Assembly: GCA_964016885.1 (NCBI GenBank)
Contig: OZ024741.1
Span: 148,924,001 to 148,988,000, forward strand
Direction: 5' to 3'
Length of the DNA stretch: 64,000 nucleotides
DNA from: Eledone cirrhosa
Taxonomy: Eukaryota
Part shown: positions 46,252-60,694 of the stretch, in pieces
Layout: every line of letters starts with the position of its first letter
Numbering within the stretch: position 1 is the first letter of the stretch
Notes under the pieces: generated by a model
The model's database searches: none
What the model saw: only the letters and a program-made list of their open reading frames with translations
What the model was told of the DNA's origin: nothing
Position numbers and translations under genes: made by a program

Positions 46252-48385
46252 TGGCAATAAAGATAGACGGTAGTCACGTAATAGGCAGACCTAGAAAAAC
46301 ATGGGATGAGCTGATAAACTCCGACCTCACACACTTACACCTCTCCAAGACAATGTCACTGGACCGAGACCTTTGGCGGTACTCAGTAACAGAGAAGACC
46401 CGCCTTACCTAAATATATAGTAAAACCTACTCCAGCCAGTAGGCATCTCTAACAAAATACACCCCGTCCCACCACCACCATCCCCACCCCATCCACACCA
46501 CCCCGTTCTATGTAAAGTTATGTTGGTGCCGCGCCATCGAGGCCGAAACAAATGAGATCGTGTAGGTGTCACGACAAAAAAACACACAGTCCACGCTGTA
46601 ATCTGGCCGTGTAGGCAACACAGTAAAAACCTCCCAGACCCACACTGTAAATGTGGTTGGTGTTAGGAAGGGCATCCAACTGTAGAAAACCTGCCAGTCA
46701 GTCCTATGCGAGCAAGACAACCACTCTTGCCTCAAGTGGGACTACCCCCGTCCAAACCCATGCAAGCGTGGAACACGGACGTTAAACGTTGATGATGATG
46801 ATGATGATATGTATATATATATGTATATATATATATATATATATATAGATTTTACATGTGGCCGGTGTTCTGGGGCAATAAGTAGCAGCAAGTGCCCACA
46901 AAATACTAGCTCTTTCAACTGCGCAGAGGGTTCTATAGAAATAGTGGACAGCTTCCGTTACCTGGGTGACACAATCAGCAGTGGGGGAGGGTGCTCTGAA
47001 AGTACTGTAGCTAGAGTCAGAACTGGGTGGAAAAAGTTCAGAGAGCTCATACCACTATTAGCCGCTAAAGGGTTCTCCCTTAAAATGAAAAGCAGGTTGT
47101 ACGATGCCTGCATACGAACAGCAATGTTGCACGGCAGTGAGACCTGGGCATTGTGTGCAGAGGATATACGCAGACTGGAGAGGAACGAAGCTTGCATGCT
47201 CCGCTGGATGTGTAACAGTAATATACGTGAACGGCAAAGCATAAACGAACTAAGGAAAAAATTAGAGATAAGAGGGATCAGATGTTGTTTACTCGAGAGA
47301 AGGCTACGTTGGTATGGACACGTGATGCGCATGAAAGTCGATAGCTGTATAACAAAGTGCAGGGCAATAAAGATAGACGGTAGTCACGGAATAGGCAGAC
47401 CTAGAAAAACCTGGGACGAGCTGATAAACTCCGACATCACACACTTACACCTCTCCAAGACAATGTCACTGGACCGAGACCTTTGGCGGTACTCAGTAAC
47501 AGAGAAGACCCGCCTTACCTAAATATATAGTAAAACCTACTCCAGCCAGTAGGCATCTCTAACAAAATACACCCCGTCCCACCACCACCATCCCCACCCC
47601 ATCCACACCACCCCGTTCTATGTAAAGTTATGTTGGTGCCGCGCCATCGAGGCCGAAACAAATGAGATCGTGTAGGTGTCACGACAAAAAAACACACAGT
47701 CCACGCTGTAATCTGGCCGTGTAGGCAACACAGTAAAAACCTCCCAGACCCACACTGTAAATGTGGTTGGTGTTAGGAAGGGCATCCAACTGTAGAAAAC
47801 CTGCCAGTCAGTCCTATGCGAGCAAGACAACCACTCTTGCCTCAAGTGGGACTACCCCCGTCCAAACCCATGCAAGCGTGGAACACGGACGTTAAACGTT
47901 GATGATGATGATGATGATATGTATATATATATGTATATATATATATATATATATATAGATTTTACATGTGGCCGGTGTTCTGGGGCAATAAGTAGCAGCA
48001 AGTGCCCACAAAATACTAGCTCTTTCAACTGCGCAGAGGGTTCTATAGAAATAGTGGACAGCTTCCGTTACCTGGGTGACACAATCAGCAGTGGGGGAGG
48101 GTGCTCTGAAAGTACTGTAGCTAGAGTCAGAACTGGGTGGAAAAAGTTCAGAGAGCTCATACCACTATTAGCCGCTAAAGGGTTCTCCCTTAAAATGAAA
48201 AGCAGGTTGTACGATGCCTGCATACGAACAGCAATGTTGCACGGCAGTGAGACCTGGGCATTGTGTGCAGAGGATATACGCAGACTGGAGAGGTACGAAG
48301 CTTGCATGCTCCGCTGGATGTGTAATAGTAATATACGTGAACGGTAAAGCATAAACGAACTAAGGAAAAAATTAGAAATAAGAGT
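46252..48385 (+). mobile_element. Tandem RTE 3' fragments (1110-bp period), duplicate of the 39.8-41.6 kb array
   Basis: ORFs at 46809 and 47919 are offset by exactly 6789 from 40020 and 41130. Confidence 0.92.
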
Positions 48386-48394
48386 ATATATAAG

Positions 48395-49072
48395 AGTCTG
48401 CGTATATCCTCTGCACACAATGCCCAGGTCTCACTGCCATGCAACATTGCTGTTCGTATGCAGGCATCGTACAACCTGCCTTTCATTTTTAGGGAGAACC
48501 CTTTAGCGGCTAATAGTGGTATAAGCTCTGTGAACTTTTTCCATCCAGTTCTGACTCTAGCTACTGTACTTTCAGAGCACCCTCCCCCACTGCTGATTTT
48601 GTCACCCTGGTAACGGAAGCTGTCCACTATTTCTATAGAACCCTCTGCGCAGTTGAAAGAGCTAGTATCTTGTGAGCACTTGCTGCTACTTATTGCACCA
48701 GAGCACCGGCCACATTTAAAATCTATGTTCTTAGTTAGCTTACCTGTGATCCCACTACATCTTTTATGCACCCATACTTTGCATTTGGGACATAAAATGG
48801 AGTTTCTCCCTACGCCTTTCCTACACACAGAGCATGGCCACTTCCCGGAAGGGACCGCCGCCTTATTTTCTTTCTTACAAACTAGAACTTTAGTCTTAGC
48901 CAGGTTAATTTTAAGGCCTTTTGATTCTAGGCCGTGCTTCCATGTTTGGAATTTCTTCTCTAGCTCGGCTAGGTCGTCTAGGTCGTCTGCGTATAGGAGT
49001 TCCCATAGGCAACCGGTCTTGAACTCCTCTGTTATAGCCTGAAGGGCAATAATAAATAGTATGGGGCTGAGC
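48395..49072 (-). mobile_element. Inverted RTE RT fragment (duplicate of 41606-42283)
   Basis: ORF 48190-49086, one amino-acid difference seen. Confidence 0.92.
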
Positions 49073-49192
49073 AGCCTAATTTGCATATTGAGTGAGTTAA
49101 CTCACTCAATATGCAAATTAGGCTGCTCAGCCGTTAATTTTCATAAGGAAAGTATATACTTTCGAACGTTCAACTATCTGGCAGATGGCTAA

Positions 49193-49235
49193 ACGGTGCT
49201 GATGATAGCTAACAAGCTTGAAACTAGTACATCGT
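49193..49235 (+). ncRNA. Minimal type I hammerhead
   Basis: Identical to 42404-42446. Confidence 0.92.
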
Positions 49236-49389
49236 TCCTGTGTCAGTGTTGAACAAAAAGGTGACGTGGTTGCCTTAACACCGTATGGCATAAATTCGGG
49301 CTGTTCAGTTTGTTGACAAACGAACAAAGCGGCGTTATAATAAGCGTCCGCTAAACTGATGCGTGCATATATGTATGTGTACCTGTATG

Positions 49390-49455
<66 letters not shown>

Positions 49456-49690
49456 TGCTACTGTACGTCTGTATACATATATGTATGTACGTATACATAC
49501 ATACTTATATTTAAGTAAGTGCCATACTAAGAGTGAGAAATGAAATTTCGTTTTCATTTTTTTCAACTTATCGTTTTCGGTATGCCTGACCGATTTAACT
49601 CACTCAATATGCAAATTAGGCTGCTCAGCCGTTAATTTTCATAAGGAAAGTATATACTTTCGAACGTTCAACTATCTGGCAGATGGGTAA

Positions 49691-49733
49691 ACGGTGCTGA
49701 TGATAGCTAACAAGCTTGAAACTAGTACATCGT
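49691..49733 (+). ncRNA. Minimal type I hammerhead
   Basis: Identical to 42404-42446. Confidence 0.92.
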
Positions 49734-49887
49734 TCCTGTGTCAGTGTTGAACAAAAAGGTGATGTGGTTGCCTTAACACCGTATGGCATAAATTCGGGCT
49801 GTTCAGTTTGTTGACAAACGAACAAAGCGGCGTTATAATAAGCGTCCGCTAAACTGATGCGTGCATATATGTATGTGTACCTGTATG

Positions 49888-49967
<80 letters not shown>

Positions 49968-50057
49968 TGCTACTGTACGTCTGTATACATATATGTATGT
50001 ACGTATACATACATACTTACATTTATATATATATATATATTTAGATATATATATATA

Positions 50058-50551
50058 AGTAAAACCTACTAGAGTCAGTAGGCATCTCTAACAAAATACA
50101 CCCCGTCCCACCACCCCCACCCCATCCACACCGCCCCTTTCAATGTAAAGTTATGTTGGTGCCACAAAATCCAGGCCGAAACAAATGAGATCGTGTAGGT
50201 GTCATAACAAAAAAAAACACACAGTCCACGCTGTAATGTGACCGTGTAGGCAACACGGTAAAAACCTCCCAGTCCCACACTGTAAATGTGGTTGGTGTTA
50301 GGAAGGGCATCCAGCTGTAGAAAACCTGCCAGACAGTCCACGCTGTAATGTGGCCGTGTAGGCAACACGGTAAAAACCTCCCAGCCCCACACTGTAAATG
50401 TGGTTGGTGTTAGGAAGGGCATCCAACTGTAGAAAACCCGCCAGACAGTCCTATGCGAGCAAGACAACCACTCTTGCCTCAAGTGGGAAAACTCCCGTCC
50501 AAACCCATGCAAGCATGGAACACGGACGTTAAACGATGATGATGATGATGA
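50058..50551 (+). mobile_element. RTE LINE 3' UTR
   Basis: Reverse complement of the 20654/23682-type tail; (GAT)n. Confidence 0.9.
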
Positions 50552-50633
50552 TAGATATAGATATATATATATAGATATTTATATATATAGATATATATAT
50601 ATAGATATTTATATATATAGATATATATATATT

Positions 50634-50683
<50 letters not shown>

Positions 50684-50703
50684 TATATATATTTATATAT
50701 ATT

Positions 50704-50734
<31 letters not shown>

Positions 50735-50751
50735 ATATTTATATATATTAA

Positions 50752-50970
50752 GGAACGATCGACTTTCGTCAAATCGGACCGAGGGAACAATGTTTCCGTT
50801 GGTCTTTCCAATTGCTAATACTATCTATCGGTCGCAACTCCAGGTAGAAGGAGCAACGTGAAATAAAGTGTCTTGCTCAAGGACATAACGCATCGCCTGG
50901 TCCAGGAATCAAACTCACAACATTACGATTGCGAATCTAAATCTCTAACCACTCATCCACATGCCTTCAC
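50752..50970 (-). mobile_element. tRNA-derived SINE (non-RTE tail)
   Basis: Inverted copy of 51126-51337. Confidence 0.85.
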
Positions 50971-50974
50971 TATT

Positions 50975-51026
<52 letters not shown>

Positions 51027-51036
51027 AAAATATATT

Positions 51037-51067
<31 letters not shown>

Positions 51068-51068
51068 T

Positions 51069-51117
<49 letters not shown>

Positions 51118-51125
51118 ATATAAAT

Positions 51126-51337
51126 ATGTGGCTGAGTGGTTAGAGAATTGGATTCACAATCGTAAGGTTGTGAGTTCGATTCCTGGACCAGGCGATGCGT
51201 TATGTCCTTGAGCAAGACACTTTATTTCACGTTGCTCCTTCTACCTGGAGTTGCGACCGATAGATAGTATTAGCAATTGGAAAGACCAACGGAAACATTG
51301 TTCGCTCGGTCCGATTTGACGAAAGTCGATCGTTCTC
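51126..51337 (+). mobile_element. tRNA-derived SINE (non-RTE tail)
   Basis: A box TGGCTGAGTGG, B box GAGTTCGATTCC, GTCCTTGAGCAAGACACTT core. Confidence 0.85.
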
Positions 51338-51349
51338 CATATATATATA

Positions 51350-51408
<59 letters not shown>

Positions 51409-51421
51409 ATATACTTATATT

Positions 51422-51452
<31 letters not shown>

Positions 51453-51460
51453 ATATAAAT

Positions 51461-51766
51461 AAGGAGCAGGTATTGCAATAGCCTGGGATTCAAGGGCCCT
51501 CAACTCTTCAACAAGCTGCCGAGGGATCTGAGAGATTTGCATGACGTGGAGGTGGATGTCTTCAAGAAACATCTCAATACCTTGCTATCCAGGATCCCGG
51601 ATAAGCCCACAGCAAGGTGCGAGGTAAACCTAAGGGCAGCTGCAACAAACTCTCTCTTACACCAGTGGCCAACCTATACAGGCTGGAGATAAAATGTGTA
51701 GCAACAAGGGCGGTGCCCCAGCATGGCCTCAGTCAGATGGCTGAAACAGGTAAAAGAGTGAAAGAG
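51461..51766 (+). mobile_element. CR1-group LINE 3' end
   Basis: Translates [49 protein letters not shown], then a short hairpin tail into (TA)n. Confidence 0.75.
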
Positions 51767-51802
51767 TATATATTTATATTCATATATATTTATATATATA
51801 TA

Positions 51803-53255
<1,453 letters not shown>

Positions 53256-53746
53256 AAGAGGGTGTTAAAGTTTGTTTGAAGCATTGTGAAATGTGTAAAA
53301 TACGTAGTTAAGAAAGCCACAACAATGCAGAGGGAAATCTCGAGGTAGGAAGTGAATGATAGATAGGAGAAACAGGAGAAAGTGAAAATTGAGAGAGAAA
53401 AAGATGAAAACAAAAACAAAACAAAGGTAGAAGGGTTACCGTAGTGGAGATTTAATCCCAATATTTCGGGCTCACGCCCATCAACGGGGGAAAGATCCAA
53501 AAGGTGGGGAACAGGCCAAGCGGAGAAAGTTGTGATGTCGTTAAGACAGGAATGCCGTTATATTTATATATATTTATTTATATTTATATTTATTTATATT
53601 TATATATATTTATATTTATATATATTTATTCATATTTATATTTATTTATATTTATATATATTTATATTTATTTATATTTATATATATTTATATTTATTTA
53701 TATTTATATTTATTTATATTTATATATATTTATATTTATATATTCA

Positions 53747-53805
<59 letters not shown>

Positions 53806-53896
53806 CGAAGGAAATGTGGTAAGGAACCAGGTGGACCATAACGCACCAAAATACTCAATACTTAGGGTAGTAGAGTGGGTAATAGGAACGTGTAGG

Positions 53897-53992
53897 ACCC
53901 CGACGGCTGAGCTCAAGCCGTTTTGACGGCTAATTCTGGACTAAATGAAAATTTTTATCCTGGTATATGAATAGCCGAGCTTCTCAGGGGGT
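53897..53992 (-). ncRNA. Degenerate type I hammerhead with long stem II (inverted pLTR upstream of Naiad C)
   Basis: Reverse complement acccc-CTGAGAA-gctCGGCTA...TAGCCGtc-AAAA-CGGCTtgagctcAGCCG-TC-ggggt; two core G-to-A changes. Confidence 0.6.
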
Positions 53993-54159
53993 AATTCCAT
54001 ATATGGTAAAAATGATTGTCACAAGGATTGGTCGAAAGTTTTTTGTTGAGACACATAATTCCATCATGGCAATTTGTGGAAGGAAGGGGTAGCTGAACCT
54101 GCCAGTAGAAGAAAGAGGGAGAGGGGGTGGAGGAAACCCAGTCGTGCGTTGATAGTGCC

Positions 54160-55700
54160 AACTAAAGTTAAGCAACACGCCAGACTTAGCCTATGGGTCA
54201 ACACCCAGGAAGTAATCTCATGGTTCGGCAATATGGAGGACAAACGAGACACAAAATTCATCCAGTTTGACATAGAGAGTTACTATGCTTCAATTACCTT
54301 ACCGCTACTTACGGCTGCCTTGGACTTTGCCGAAACACTTGCGCCCATCACCGACCAGGAAAGAAACTTCATCCTCCACGCCAGGAAGACAGTCCTACTC
54401 TTCGACAACTCCAAATGGATAAAGAGAGCTCCCGACTCACCCTTCGACGTCAGCATGGGCGCGACGGATTCGGCTGAGGTCACAGATCTTATAGGATTAT
54501 TCCTACTAGTTAAACTCACCGATATGTTTCCTGCATTCGGCGGTGGATTGTACCGTGATGATGAGCTCCTTACCCTTAAAGGGTACAACCCCAGTAGTAC
54601 AGACCGGGTCCGTAAACAATTAATCAGCTTCTCCCGCGACTGGGGATTTAAAATAACCCTACAAACGTCCCTGACCCGAGTAAACTTCCTGGACGTTACC
54701 CTTGACCTCGATAATGATCTGTACTACCCATACAGGAAACCCAACGACAACCTGCACTACATCCACCGCCGGTCAAACCATCCTAGGAACATCACCAATA
54801 ACCTGGTTAAAAACATCTCCCTCCGCATATCTCGTTTGTCCGCTAATGAGCAGATATTCGAGGAACATACGCCTTATTACAACGAGGCCTTCAAGCGGAG
54901 TGGTTTCCGGGAGGAAATATCCTACTGTCCAGCTTCCATTAGCGGAACCAGCAGGCGACACCGCCGCTCACGCAATGTAACATGGTTCAATCCTCCCCAC
55001 AACGCCGAGGTGACAACTCCTATCGGGAAAATCTTCTTTAGGCTCATCGAAAAACACTTCCCACTATAACACCGCTACCACAACATAATTAACAAAAATA
55101 CCATCAAACTCTCCTACAGCACCACACCAAACTTTGCACAAAACATCGTCTCCTCTAACAACAAAAAACTCAACCGCTATGGAAGAAATAACCTATTGCA
55201 GTGGAGAGCCGACCAGGAGGTGCAACTGTCCTGATGGATCCATTTGCCCCCTTGACAACAGATGCAGAGATCGTAATGTGATCTACCAGTGCAACGTGAG
55301 GACGGACACCTCCAACAAAGCTTTTATGGGATTAACCGCATGTGACTTCAAGACCCGGCTATACCAACACAGACATACCTTCCGAAACCCGGCCCGGCGT
55401 CATGCCACCACACTTTCGGGCCACATCTAGGACCTCAAGGATAATAATATTACCTATGATCTCACTTGGAGCTTACTGTCCAGAGCCAACTCTTACACGG
55501 GAGGACGCCGTCCGTGCAATTTATGCTCGGAGGAAACTTTACAAATGCTGTTTTCGACGGACCAACTCCTAAACAAGAAAGACGAACTGGTAACTGCATG
55601 CAAACACAGATTGCGTAGGACTTACCTCGCCCTCAAACCCCATAATGACCCGGGAGGGGGGGTAGAAAGGGCTGTAACACCCCACTTGCCGACTTTGTAA
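54160..55700 (+). pseudogene. Naiad-type PLE C RT + GIY-YIG (GC-rich, disrupted)
   Basis: FDIESYYASI, FDVSMGATDSAE, GLYRDDE, NFLDV, SNHP, WFNPP, CNC..CPL..C, VIY..FMG..FKTRLYQH, CNLC..EE, ACKH. Stops at 55067 and 55428 plus a frameshift. Confidence 0.92.
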
Positions 55701-56744
55701 TGGGTAACCCCTGCTTGCAAAGGTAGACGTAAGATCTTCTTTTATATCTTTTTATCGCTTCCTCTATATTTCCTTATTCCCCCCATCCATTCCTAGTCCT
55801 TCCACCCCAGTCCTCTGTCTTTGTCGTCGTCCTTTTAACTTTCTCGCCGACCCGAGGCAGCCCCTCGGTCCTTTGTAGCCTCAGTACCCCCACCCCCTTC
55901 CCCTATTCTATGATAGAATTGGCCGACTCCGCTTTTTATAGCAGATGTGATAGACCCCGGATACTTGCTTTCTTATCCGATGGCTGCCCCTTTTCCGTGC
56001 TTTCTACATTTCTTAGTGGTATCTTTGCTTTAATTTCTCGTATATCAGTATTTATTTTTGGGGGGGGGGGGGGATTCTGAATTAATTTTCCGTATCAAAT
56101 TTTTCATATACTTCGTACGAGCATTTATGTAGTTTGCACTAGAATTTTTGTATCGTAGCGGCACCCTTAGAGATAGTATTAGTATTCTTTTTCGGGATTC
56201 TGAATTATTATTGCGTATTAGTTTATTTTTTGCACTGGCTGGTTGCTGGCCTTGTGCCTAGGGTAGAAACAATTATATCGTATTAGTCTCGGGACTCTGA
56301 ATTATTATTTCGTGGTAGTGTCTTTAGTATTTTGGCCCCCACTTGTTGACCCGTCACCGTAAGATATACTCGGTTGATTACTACTACCTCTTAAAAGGGT
56401 CTCATTATAATTCCGTCGCACCTAGTAAACTTTTCTATAGTCTAGCAGTACCAGTGAGAGACTTGATGGCTGTCGTTAGGGAATAGTAACCAGAAATTGT
56501 TTTTTTTTATATTTAATTGTTTTTTTTAACAATCTCGGTATTCTTCTATATATTTACCCCATATTGTTTTACTTATTGTTTCTACTTCCTACCCCTCCCC
56601 CTCTCTAGTATACTTGCTTGACCTCCTGCCCTGCGGATACAACAAACAAATATTTTTATAACTGATATAAAGCACTCAACAAATTATTGGAGTAAAAATA
56701 CGATATATTAACAAATGGAAACTATATTTATAAAACCATATTTA

Positions 56745-56805
56745 TTTCATTATACATATTTCAAGGACACCAAGTTAAATTATGGTGTGCTTTCATCAGA
56801 TAAAA
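56745..56805 (-). ncRNA. Type I hammerhead (Naiad D family)
   Basis: Reverse complement ttttat-CTGATGA-aagcACACCAtaatttaactTGGTGTcctt-GAAA-tatgta-TA-atgaaa. Confidence 0.88.
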
Positions 56806-58347
56806 TATAATATAGACCAGTTTTATAAATAAATATTGACATACCCTTAAAGAATGCGACCATTTCTGTTGGAAGCTCCCGGATAGTGGGGTTATAAATT
56901 TATTAATACTATTATGTCAATTAATTTCGGATATTTTAAAATCATAGTAGATTTAAATAAGTCGTTTGGTTATGGAGAAAGAGAGAAAGAGAAAAAAAAG
57001 AGATATAAAAAAGAGAAAAAAGAGCAAACTCTAAGAGGAAAATAAGAAAAGGAGAGAGAGAAAAGACGAGGAGAGAGAGAAAAGAGAGAAACGAAAAAAA
57101 GAAAAGAGAAAGCGAAAGCTCTAAGTGATAGGTTGTTGTATTATCTTAATTTTTGAGATGAAGTGAAAGAATAAATAAATATTTAATGGATGAATAGAGA
57201 AGTGTAAATAAGCGTGAATGGAAAATACATACACAATAGGAGAATTTTAACCATTGTTTAAATATGATTAAATGTTTAGTTTATCTTTTAAATTATTGAG
57301 ATCTATACATTAAAAATTGAGATCTATATATTATTAAGACTATATATTATTAAAAAATCCATATATTATTAAAAGAATATATTCATATATATACATACGC
57401 ACACACAGATATATATACATATATACATATAAATATATATACACATACCTATATATAGATACATATACATACAAACAAACAATAAAGGATTTTTTAATTA
57501 AAGATATAGGAATTTTCATAAACTTATAGATTTTCAGAGAAAAACTTAGAAAAAACAGAAAAAATCATTTCTATGTAATATCGAAACAGCGTGAAGGAAA
57601 TTACGTTATTTACTTATATTAAATGTTACAAATGTTAAGATAGTAAAGGAAATATTAGGTTATACAAACCTTATGTTATTATACAAATTTGTTTAATATA
57701 AGTTTTATATCCAATAAATCCACCTGTTATGTAGTTGTGACTGTTATTATATAAGTTTGTTTATCCTTATAAACGAGTGCACCCGAATTGTATGCATATA
57801 TATATATATACACAGAATCCTCACATAGATACACATAGATGTACTTACACATACAGGTATATATGCATCACACATATATATATACATTCATATACACACA
57901 TATATATATACATACATATACACACATATATATATATATATATATACATACATACATATATACACACGCATATATATATATATAGAGAGAGATATATATA
58001 TATATAAATACAGTACATAATATAATTGAAGTATATAATATATATAATATAAAATAAAATAAAAATGAAATAAAAATGAATTATATTACGATTTGGAAAT
58101 ATAATTATAAGCAATATAACTTTAAATCAATATAACCTTAACAAATATAATTTTAAAAAATTATAGAATATTTCAAGTTATAATTTTAAAATTAGAATAT
58201 GTTTAATATATTCAGTATAAAAATTTAAATGTTCTATATAATATCTAGTTCTCAGTATGTTTAACTTAATTTTATAGCCATAAGAAAAAGAAAGAAAAAC
58301 TTTCAAAAGAGAAATTTTCAAAAATAGGAGAAACTTTCAAATAAAAT

Positions 58348-59950
58348 AAATTGCACCATCTAAATCGGACCTTGGCAGACTTAGCAAGAATATTTTAGAC
58401 AGGATAATACCACAAATTAACGAATTATCTTATTTAAAATTATGGAAAGGAACTAGTGAAGTTATTGATTGGTTTAAGGAAATTAAATATAACTATAATA
58501 ATAAGTTTATTCAATTGGATATTGCTAATTATTACTCATCCATCACTCCTAATCTACTTAATAAAGCACTAACTTACGCATTTAAACATACAGACTTAAC
58601 TAGTAATGAAATGCACATTATATTATCGGCACGGAAAACATTAATAGAATTTAATAACCAACTAGAGCAGATAGAAATAATAACTTTGATATAACTATGG
58701 GATCATCCGATTCCGCTCAGGTAACGGATCTTGTGGGCTTCTTTATAAATAATTCTCTACATAGGAAAATACCTGAGATGACTGGAGGTTTATATCGTGA
58801 CGACATGCTTTTACTTATCGAAAATAATAACTGTGAATTAAATCGGAAAAGAAAAGAAATTATACAATTCTTTAATTACCTTAATCTAAAAGTAGAAATA
58901 GAGAATAACCATAAAATAGTTAACTTTCTAGATGTAACATTAAACCTTAACACATGTCTTCATTATCCATTTCACAAACTAAACGAGAACTTAAACTACG
59001 TTAATTTTAACTCTAATCACCCCAGATCCGTTAAAAATACTATAGTGAATTCTGTACAGCAACGCATTTCTAGAATTTCAGCTAATAAGAATATATTTGA
59101 TGGTAAAGCGCATTATTACAACGAAGCGTTAGCTAGAGCTGGATATAGAAATAAAATTAAATACATTGATAATAATAATATAATAACTAACCATAATCTT
59201 AACAATTTTAAAAATTTTAACAACTATAATAGAAAAACTTACAATAATTCGGAAAACAAAAAAAGAAATAGAACTAGGAATATATTATGGTTCGCTCCTC
59301 CTTTCTCATTAAATATTAAAACCCCTATTGCTAAACTATTCTTTAAAGCTCTTGACAAATGCTTCCCTAGAACACATAGATATTACTCAATTTTTAATAG
59401 ACATACTATAAAATTAACTTATTCATCCACCAAAAATTTAGCGCAAAATATTAATAGAATTAATAATAGAAATTTAAAACATGACCAAAATACCACTAAT
59501 AACCCAAGCAATATCCAATTTGATAAATGTAACTGTAGAAATAAATCTAACTGTCCGTTAAATAACAATTGCTTAGCTAAAAATATAGTATATAATTGTA
59601 ATGTAAAAACTAATTTATATTCATTTAATTATGTAGGATCTACTTCCACAGATTTTAAATCCCGTTTCAATAATCATAAAAATTCTTTTACACATCTAAA
59701 CAAAAAATTTTCAACTTCTCTATCTAGCTTATTATGGGACCTCAAATTAAAGAACGTTAAATATTCGTTGCTTTGGAATATTATTTGAAAAGCTACTCCG
59801 TTTAACTCCTCTTCAGAAAATTGTGATCTTTGTATAGAGGAAATATTCTTTATATTAAAGACCCAAAATTCCCTGAACCTAAGGAACAATTTATTCAGTT
59901 GCTGCAGACATAGATTGAACTCAACGTTTAAATATAAATTTAAAATGTAA
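58348..59950 (+). pseudogene. Naiad D RT + GIY-YIG (5'-truncated, frameshift near 58660, in-frame TGA at 59786)
   Basis: APSKSDLG, LDIANYYSSI, MGSSDSAQ, GLYRDDM, WFAPP, CNC..CPL..C, IVY..YVG..FKSRFNNH; after the TGA the frame continues CDLCIEE..SCCRH. Confidence 0.92.
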
Positions 59951-60448
59951 TATAAAATTAATTAATTCTATTGATATATTGAACCTATCGTTAAATAATT
60001 AGATTCCTTCATTTGACTGCTTAAACTCTCAAGTTAAAAAAAAATTTTTCTAAATATAAATAAAAAATATAAATAAAATAAAAAATAAAAAATTCTTCTT
60101 GCGAAACATACTGAAAGCTCTTAAAAGGGGAAAATATTTTATTTGAAAGTTTCTCCTATTTTTGAAAATTTCTCTTTTGATAGTTTCTCTTTCTTTTTCT
60201 TATGGCTATAAAATTAAGTTAAACATACTGAGAACTAGATATTATATAGAAAATTTAAATTTTTATACTGAATATATTAAACATATTCTAATTTTAAAAT
60301 TATAACTTGAAATATTCTATAATTTTTTAAAATTATATTTATTAAGGTTATATTGATTTAAAGTTATATTGCTTATAATTATATTTCCAAATCGTATAAT
60401 GAAAGAAATATGGTTTTATAAATATAGTTTCCATTTGTTAATATATCG

Positions 60449-60480
<32 letters not shown>

Positions 60481-60483
60481 AAT

Positions 60484-60694
<211 letters not shown>

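Larger units (their letters stand above)
49099..50025 (+). mobile_element. Retrozyme-like tandem (498-bp unit) with two intact hammerheads
   Basis: Identical HHRs at 49193-49235 and 49691-49733. Confidence 0.7.
56640..60450 (+). mobile_element. Naiad-type PLE D with a long inverted 3' segment at its 5' end
   Basis: 58087-58347 is the reverse complement of 60136-60396; 56700-56750 is the reverse complement of 60398-60450; minus-strand HHR at 56745-56805. Confidence 0.85.

Noticed and set aside
55708-55730. ccctgcttgcaaaggtagacg resembling the antisense RTE/SINE terminus just after the Naiad C stop
   Set aside because: Only about 20 nt with mismatches; could be chance.
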